A stretch of DNA of 64,000 nucleotides. Origin: the human T2T-CHM13v2.0 reference genome, Homo sapiens. Below the pieces are notes generated by a model. It did not search any database. It was not told the DNA's origin and worked only from the letters and a program-made list of their open reading frames with translations. Location of the stretch: NCBI RefSeq assembly GCF_009914755.1, contig NC_060936.1, one strand, 5' to 3'. This document shows positions 54,779 to 64,000 of this stretch, one piece after another. Within the stretch, counting starts at the first letter, position 1. Every line of letters starts with the position of its first letter. The translations under genes were made by a program, and so were the position numbers.

Positions 54779-56694
54779 TTTGAAAAAAAAATGAAATTGC
54801 AATTGTCCTAGTCAATGAAAGAATGGCTCAAGAAAAAAATTACAACAGAAAAAGAATTTCATGGTTAAAAATAAATGGTGCAAAGCAAAGTACTGAGATA
54901 TGACTCTTAGTTATTTTATACCTGATTCATGGCTTCAGTACCAAGACATCCATAAATGCGTGGTTCAGCTTCATTGTGATGTGCCAAATGAATCCTGTAT
55001 ACATCAGAACTATCACTTTGACTGTTTACCGCTGCCTGATAAGATTTCCTCAGTACTTTCTCAAGGAGCTGTTGCTCTATCTAGTACTGATTTTGTATCT
55101 ACATTTTAAGGTGAATCAAGTGATCTGAAGTTTTCTACAATTTCCCCATTTATATTTCTACATTGACTACATCTGACAAAAAAACGGTAATAATTCATCC
55201 TCCACTGTCACTTCTTCAGATGATTTTTATCTGGGGGTAAAACACTGAGTGGTTATACAATGAATAACTCATATGAAACTTTTTTTAAGTCTCCTTGTCT
55301 AAAGACAGCACAGTCACACTTGATTGTTTTATGAACCAAAACAAATATGTCATATGGCATATTGAATCTGCTAATTCAAATATAAATATTATAATACTTT
55401 AAAAGCTTAACAAATTTTGAATGCAAATTATATTTTCTGATGCTTGTTTAATTCAAAAACACATACTTGAAGAGGTAAAAATGTACTTGTTTATCACTGT
55501 GCTTATTTATTTTTCAGAGTAAACAAAGCTGTATTTTAAAATATAAATTACTGAACTCTAAGGGTGAATGCTTACTTGTAACTTCTTTAAAGAATTAAAG
55601 TTAAGAAGCTACTATATTCCTATGAGTATAATTTTAAAATTGTGTCTTCATAAAAAAAAAACATAAAACTGGAAGTAGCCTTGCTAATGGTTTCAAAAAG
55701 AGTAATATTTAAAATATATTATAAAAGTGAAAGAAACTTTGAGATCTCAGATTATCTTGACTAAAACTGCTAGCACTGATGGCTGCCATTTTTCACTGAA
55801 TTATGAACTTATGGTAGCAGGAAAGTCTTATACCTGTTTTGATATCAAACAAAAGGATGAGCTATGAGAGATGTATGCAAGGTTTATCAGCAAGATTAAG
55901 TAATCATGGAAAAGATCAAGACTCCTGCCATTATGGAAAACTGGTTTTCAGTCTAAGAAAAAGAAATTCTGCAGAGAGCAGGGAACATGAGCCTACATTC
56001 ATTCATGGGCTAAATTACATAAGAAAGTAATGTTTACACAATTGGAAATTTCCCAATTACACTCCAAGTAAGGGTGGAAATCTTGACACCTCTCTCTGAA
56101 GAGTATTATAACTCATAAATTACTGATCACACAACATGTTTAAGTTGCCTCTTGGAGCTCTAAAGGGAATAAATATTTAAAATTTATCCCAAATTGCTTA
56201 ACTCTTGGGCTCTTCTAGCAGGGATAAAAGGAGTACCTTGAAAAGTGAGTAAATAAAATATATGTCAAAAATGAAACACTCCCAAATCCTTAGATCAAAA
56301 ACATGTTTTGTTTGTCTCTCCTGGTTAATAGGCATGGAATTTCCTTAAAAATTAATCACAGTGGAAGTATCAGCTAAAGGAACATGCAGTAGGGATAAGA
56401 AGCAGGGAGAGACAAGGTAAAATTTACTGAAATTGCACTCCATTTTATTTGAGTGTGGAATGAATAGGTATCCTTTCTAACCAAGAATAATGTGTGTAAC
56501 AGAGAAACCCTAGAAGTTTTAGCATGTACCTTTAGATATAGCCCTGAAATATAGATATTCTAATTTCATTTTAACAAATATTTTATTTCTACAAATACAT
56601 TCTGAGTCTGCTACATACCAAATATTGTATTCAGAACCACAACAACCACAAATAGGATAATTCATGGAATGTCTTCATAGAAAAGTTACGCTGA

Positions 56695-56759
56695 TATGGT
56701 AGTACATAGAAAAATTATGGTACTGCATATATAAAAATTATGGTAGTACATATATAAAA
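56695..56759. repeat. 21-23-bp minisatellite, 3 copies
   Basis: Unit approximately tatggtagtacatatataaaaat. Confidence 0.85.
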
Positions 56760-57299
56760 CGATAGCAATACGCAATTCCACTACCCCAGAAAACCTACTT
56801 TAGGACACGCCCAGTAAAATATTCTGAAGACTCATTCCTTTCTAAACATTTGAGTATGCTGCTTGGAAAATTCAATAACTAGTTTTTTAATGAGTGGATA
56901 AATAAGCTAAGAAATCCCAGAAGAGAGAGTAATTAATTCTGCATGGGGAAATCTGTAAAGGTTTCAAAGAGAAGTTGACATTTGAATTGGGTCTTGAAAG
57001 ATAAATGGAATATTAACAAGCAGTCAGAAAGAGCAGCATATCCAAGCCAAGAGCAATAACATACAAAATAGGTGCCAGGTTTCCTGTTATAATCAGGAAA
57101 TAATTTTGGGTCTAGTTTCATTGAATGATAAGTTGCATATGGACATTGAGAAGTTCATGATAGAGATGATGGGAAAATGTAAATTGAAGTGATTATAATT
57201 AATGATCTGCATTTATGTCAGTTTTAGTTTACATAGCAATGTAAATTCATACAACTTAAACTTTCTGAGCTTAATTGCTTGATTTCTTTTTTTTTCATG

Positions 57300-59340
57300 T
57301 TCATTTTTTTAACATGTATTTATCAAGTCTTACCAGGAGGCAAGCACTGGTCTAATCACTGGGATACAACCTCAAAAACAAACAAACAAACAAAAAACAG
57401 AGAAAAGCCCGTTCTTTCATGGAAAATGTAGCCTATTGAGCATTATGCATAGTTAGGAAGACAGAATCAAGCAAGTGTACCAAAAATCTATAATATTTAT
57501 TTAACAAATATTTATTGACTACTTCTTTGTGCCAATCGCCATTTAAAACAGACAAAAATCCTTGCATTGTAGATTTGTATTAAGGATAATAATTGTTAAG
57601 ATAAAAAGAAAAGCAGAATATGGGGCTAGAGAGTCACTAAAGCCATTTGTGGAAAAGTAATCATATTTAATGGAGACATCAGGAAAGCCCTCTCTCTGAG
57701 AGAAGAGGACATCTGAGTAAAAACCTTAAAATGCGAGGAGTCAAAATCACACGGTAAAAGAAATCTAAGATTCGAGTATCTTTGTTGTCGTCAAGAAGAG
57801 ACTACAGGCTGTGGGTAATGTGGCTGGAGTAAATCAAATGGGGGTGAGAGAGTCAGAGGAGCCAAGGTCAGAGAATTACCCAGAACCTAGATGATCAATT
57901 CCTGGGTCAATGGAGTAAAATGGAGACACACTTGGTGGTTTTGAGCATGGAAGTGATTTGATTTAATTTATTGAAAGTAGATAACAGAGAGAAAAGTGTA
58001 GAAAGAGAATAAAAAGTTCAATGTGATTCAATAATGTTGGGAGGAAATGATGGTGGCATTGTCACATTCTGGATAATATCAGAGATAGAGTCAGCAGGAT
58101 TTGTTGATAAATGGGATATAAAGAAATTAAAAATGGAGCCATCAAGGGTGACCTAAGAAAATGGAAAAATGAACTTGCCATATACACAGGAATGAGCATT
58201 TTTTTGAGGAAATGAGCAGAAGTTTATTTTATGTATATTAACATTAGGGGTTTCTATTAGTATTTCAAGTAAAAATTATTAAATAAGCAGTTGAAATATT
58301 TCAATCTAGAGTTCAGGAAAGTGAATGCAGCTGAAGATATAAATTCAAAATCATCTGTATTAAGATAGTATTTAAATATACAGTTTGTATAATGTCAAAA
58401 TAGGATAATTGTAGATAAAGAAGAGAAATGCAGGGACATCACCCTGTAGAATTGCAGTATTTAGAAGTCAGGAAAAGAAGAAGTAATCTACAAAGAAAAA
58501 ATAATCAGTAATGTAAGATAACCAGTTGTGATTGTTATCCCATATTCAAGTGATTAAAAACGTTCTAAGTAGTGGTGTTAGCCATGTTAAGGGCTGCTTA
58601 GCAGACAAACAAGATGTAGAATGAGAACTGATGCTTGGATTTCATAATGTAAAGATTACTGGTCAGCTCAATGAGAGTGGTTTTAGTGGAATGTGGTGAC
58701 AGAAAAATATCGAAATGGATTGTATGAGAATAGGAGGAGAGGAAATAGAAAATATTGAAACGCTCTCAGTAAGTGAAAAGAATTGGGGTGTTAGCTAAAG
58801 GGAGTATGGGGTTAAGGAAAAAATATTTTAAGAAGAGAGCTAACATAATTTGTTTGCAACTGGTAAAGAGAGAAGAAAGGAAAAATCTATGATACAAGAG
58901 AAAACAAAAAGAAATCAGAAGTGATATTTTTGAGGAGGTGAGAGGGGATAGAATGGATGGACAAGTGGAAGAGTTGGCCTGAGGGCAGGAATGGCTCATT
59001 CATTGTAATTGAAGGGAAGAAAAAATATATGAGTACAGACTCAAGCAGAATGACAGGATTTTTGGAAATTCTATTCTCATTGTATCTCTTATCTCAGTGA
59101 ATGAGAAGCATTACCGGCTGAGTGAGAAGAAAATATGTGAAATAGTTACGTTAAAAAGTAGGAAAGTATATTGACTAGGGAAACATAGTAAAATTGCCTG
59201 GCAGTGCTAAGGACCCACTTGAGATCCCTGGTCATGAATTTAAAGTGAGATAAGTCAGGATAGTATGGTTTTCTATTTTTCTATAGCTATAGACAGCTGC
59301 TGTCATGAAAGAGAGGAGTAGGTGGCAAAATAAATTAAAG
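57300..59340 (-). mobile_element. Long degenerate L2 (about 2 kb, probably more than one fragment)
   Basis: ttaacaaatatttattgactac terminus; ggctggagt, gagtcagcaggatttgttgata, tctagagttcaggaaag, gagggcaggaatggctcattc. Confidence 0.75.
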
Positions 59341-60619
59341 AAGTATCGCAGTTGTTGTAATAGTTGCTGAGGTTGCTAAAGTATTCAACTAACCAAATAT
59401 ATATAAACAAACTTTGAAAGCTATGAAGTACTGTAGAGATATACTTCATCATTGGATCTAGTACTGCAAGGTTCCACATAGTAGCTTTCCTTATGAATGA
59501 AAGTCACAGTGCCATTTATTAGTGACAGCCTTTAAAGAAGATCAAAGTCTTGAAGGCTGTACCTGACAGAAGTAAATTAAATTTTACCTTACTACGTAAG
59601 AAGAACTAAAAGGATCTGGCCAAGAATGTACATATATAACTGAGCCGAGGGCTGTGGCATTTTCATTTTTCAGGATGCTTGCCAACTCCCTTGAAGCTAG
59701 CATTATTGTGAGGCTCCAATGGACAAGCTTTGCTTTAGGATTTAAAATGTCTATGCTTTCTCTTATACGTCATGTTAATAATTTCCTTTCCATGAAAAAA
59801 AAGGATGGTTTTGCCAGTTATTTCCCTGAAGATTCCTCTGTGATACAAGTGTTTCACTCCATTAAATTTTTTTTTCATATTGCAAGATTAGATCAATTTC
59901 ATTTATTACCATCACCCTTGGCTATCCCTACAGGACTTCTTTGGAGTAATGGAGTAATTCAGCAAATTCAACAATTGCTTTAGCTTTCCCATAACTAAAG
60001 AATGGTTCTTTACAAATTTTATTTTCCACTCGAAGCTTTAGGAAGGGAATTGCTGTATTTAAAGTCAGGGAAGAATATGCATTTGACTGAATGGATCCTC
60101 AGTATTTGGCTTGAAAGTAAGATCTTTCTGAGCAAGTTAACATTTTCACATTTCTTATAAATCAGTTTTCTTTCAAGTGTCCTACATCACCTTTTAGTTT
60201 CATATATTCCTTTATATTTAAACACACATTCTTTCTCATATAATTATGTTTATTTTATGATTATATTAAAATAGGTGCTTAGTTTTGGAAATATTTTATT
60301 TTAAAATACTATAAAATATCAATATAATTTGAAAATAGCCATAATCAAAACAATTCTGAAAATTGCTTTAACTTGAAGATGCACTGTTAATTATCACTAC
60401 TAAATATAGTTTGTTTAAATATAAATTGCCAAGCTCAATCAACAAGAGTCAAATAAACTAATTACTAGGACTTATGTTCATATGATAGATGCAGGACAAG
60501 TAGTCAAATACATGGTGATTCCAAACTTAACTTTGTGGATAAGATATGATGAATAGTTAAACACGTAATTTACTTTAGTGCAAATGTCAGTATTTAGACA
60601 CCATTTTAAATACTTAATG

Positions 60620-60980
60620 TTTTTTAGCTTTTAAGTTCAGGGATACATGTTCAGATTTGTTATATAGGTAGACTTGTGTCATGGGGGTTTGTTGTAGAGA
60701 TCATTTCATCATCCAGGTATTAAGCCTAGAACCCATTAGTTATTTTTCTTGATCGTCTTCTTCTTCCCACCCCACCCCTCCCAAAGGTCCCAGTATGCGT
60801 TGCTCCTCTCTATGTGTCCATGTGTTCTCATCAGTTAGCTCCTACTTATAAGTGAGAACATAAGGTGTTTAGTTTTCTGTTTCTGTAATAGTTTCCTAAG
60901 GAAAATACCGCCAGCTCCATCCATGTCCCTACAAATGACATGATCTTGTATTTTTTTATTGCTGCATAGTATTCTATGGT
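60620..60980 (-). mobile_element. L1PA15/16-like 3' end
   Basis: ttttaagttcagggatacatg ... tgtcatgggggtttgttgta ... gctgcatagtattctatggt. Confidence 0.9.
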
Positions 60981-61414
60981 AATATTAATTTTTAAATGCC
61001 ACATGTAACATGCAGAACAGAAAGGAAAATGGCTCTGACTAACCCTGTATAGGAAAATATGACATACAAAATCCTATGAAAAGTTAATTGTTTGATTTTG
61101 ACCCAGATATGCAAACAAACTATCTTTTCTACAAAATATACTAATTTACTATATATTATTTGTGACCTGTTTTTATTTCAAACTTTTGTTTTTTTAATTT
61201 CTCATTATGTCATCATCATATTTTTAATGTAATAATACATCTAGTATATCTTTCCATGATCATTGCATACAAATCTAAGCCATTATTTTTAATGCCTGCA
61301 AAGTATTAAATAATATGGGAGAACCAAAATTTAACTTGCAATATCTACCTTCATAGTTTTGGTGTTGCTTACAATTTTGATCATTGCAAACAATTTTGTA
61401 GTAAATACTCATGT

Positions 61415-61625
61415 AAATATATATATATATACACACATATATATGTGTGTGTGTGTGTGTGTGTAATTTATCTGTATGTCTTTATATATGCCTAAGTGAA
61501 TATGTATGTATGTAAATGCATATATATGAATACATATGTATGTATATATAACTGAATGTGTAGGTATATTATATATATTACATATATATAATAAATATAA
61601 CTGTATATGTATGTGTGAATATGTG
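61415..61625. repeat. Compound (TA)/(CA)/(TG) microsatellite and low-complexity tract
   Basis: Direct inspection. Confidence 0.9.
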
Positions 61626-61629
61626 TATT

Positions 61630-62531
<902 letters not shown>

Positions 62532-62859
62532 GTATTGTATGGTTAATTCCAATATAATATGGATAAGAATATGTATGTAATTCTGATTATTTTAATAAAC
62601 ATAAAAGTATAAAAAATAAATGAAAGATATTTATCTTTAAAATATCTACTCTGCCCTCCAAATCTCCTGACTTAAATTCTTACATCCTTTCCCACATATT
62701 TCAATAAGCAATCACATTTTAAAAAATTAAGACAATGAAAAATAGAAGGGTATCCAGGGTTGAGGTGAGATGAAAGATACAAATCATTCTCTAAGGAAGG
62801 AAGAGAATCAGGAGTATTTATTGGGCCATACTTTTAATGGTGAAAATGTCCTTCATAAG

Positions 62860-63515
62860 TGTCATGGAGGTGGGAAAATGAAGATATTCTCAGATGGAAA
62901 AAATAAGCAATTTCTTGCTAGCAAATCTATCCTCAAAAAATGGTTAAAGTGTGTTCTCAAAAGAAAAATGAAATGATATAACTTCAAAAAGAAATGAAGA
63001 ATATTTGAATTGTTTAAAAGTATGAAAATATAGACTATTTGCTTCTCATGAGTCTTAATCATATTTGATGACTGAAGAAAAGTTATAACATTATCTGATG
63101 TAGGGCTCAAGATATGAAGAGGAAATACTCAGGACAATTACACTTAAAAACAGGGAGGATAAAGGGACCAAAATGGAAGCAAGTCTTCTGTATTTTACTT
63201 CAAGGCTATGCAAAATGTCAACATGAGTTAACTGTGGTAAGTTATGTATATAACCAACAGAGCAACCACTGAGAAAGCTAAGCAAAGTGATATACTCAAA
63301 CACACTATAAATAAATCAAAATGGAATCTTAAAGAGTATTCAAATAATCCACCAAGTAATAGGACAAGAGAAACAGAGGAATGAGAATCACCAGATACGG
63401 AGAATGAATAATGCAATACCAGATTTTAAGCCCTAACATCAATATTAATAATTCAATAATACTTATAATTACCTTAAATATAAATGATGTATATACACCA
63501 ATTAAAATATAGATT
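62860..63515 (+). mobile_element. Old L1M ORF1/inter-ORF remnant; resumes at about 63892
   Basis: aaaatgaagatattctcagatg ... taagttatgtatataa ... agcaaccact ... attaccttaaatataaatg ... caccaattaaa. Confidence 0.7.
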
Positions 63516-63850
63516 ATGTTTGTCTTTCTGTACCTGGTTTATCTCACTTGGCATACGCACATCACATGTTCTCTCTTATTTGTGGGATGTAAAAATCAAA
63601 ACAATTGAACTCATGGGCAAAGAGTAGAAGGATGGTTACCAGAGACTGGGTTGGGTACTGGGTGGCTGGTGGGTAGGCGAGGTTGGTTAATGAGTCCAAA
63701 AAAAAAAAAGAAGAAAGAATAAGACCTACTATTTGATAGTAAAATACGGTGACTATAGCCAATAATAAATTCATGGTACATTTTAAAATAACGTAAAGAG
63801 TGTAATTGTATTGTTTTTAACACAAGGATAAATGCTTGAAGGGATGGATT
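63516..63850 (+). mobile_element. L1MA-type 3' fragment with a 5' inversion
   Basis: 63516-63555 is reverse-strand L1 and 63559-63850 is forward L1MA 3'UTR (cacatgttctctcttatttgtggga ... aacaattgaactcatgg). Confidence 0.85.
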
Positions 63851-64000
63851 TTTAAAAAGCTTAAAATAACAATATTTTTCTGATTACATAAAAAAGACAG
63901 ATTAATGGTAGAGTGGATAAAGTGCTTTATCCAAAACTTACTTCTATAACTCACTTCAAAAGGCACATCATATATGTATGTGTGTGTATATATATGTATG

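Noticed and set aside
55344-55363. Near-palindrome aatatgtcatatggcatatt
   Set aside because: One mismatch and AT-rich; expected by chance
59654-59983. 109-aa ORF in unique sequence
   Set aside because: GTG start, no recognisable homology or clear exon boundaries; length is within chance expectation

Overview
AT-rich primate (very likely human; AluY copies are present) intergenic or intronic DNA. I find no credible intact protein-coding gene, tRNA, rRNA or CRISPR array. The window is a mosaic of transposable-element remnants: about 16 Alus, L1 and L2 fragments, MIRs, MaLR/ERVL/ERV1 solo LTRs, a near full-length Tigger1 carrying a nested MADE1 MITE, and Tigger3, MER20, MER58 and MER53 elements. 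The one gene-derived feature is a near full-length processed pseudogene of COX5A (about 21039-21683) inserted in an L1 3' end. It appears to keep ancestral (bovine/mouse-like) residues where human COX5A has changed. Other notable items are a recent 137-bp tandem duplication, an MLT2A1 LTR nested in an AluJ, a twin-primed L1 inversion, a tandem G-quadruplex repeat and two unusually perfect palindromes. I see no convincing novel biological system. Repeat subfamily names and reference protein sequences are recalled from memory and need RepeatMasker/Dfam and BLAST confirmation; boundaries of old repeats are approximate.
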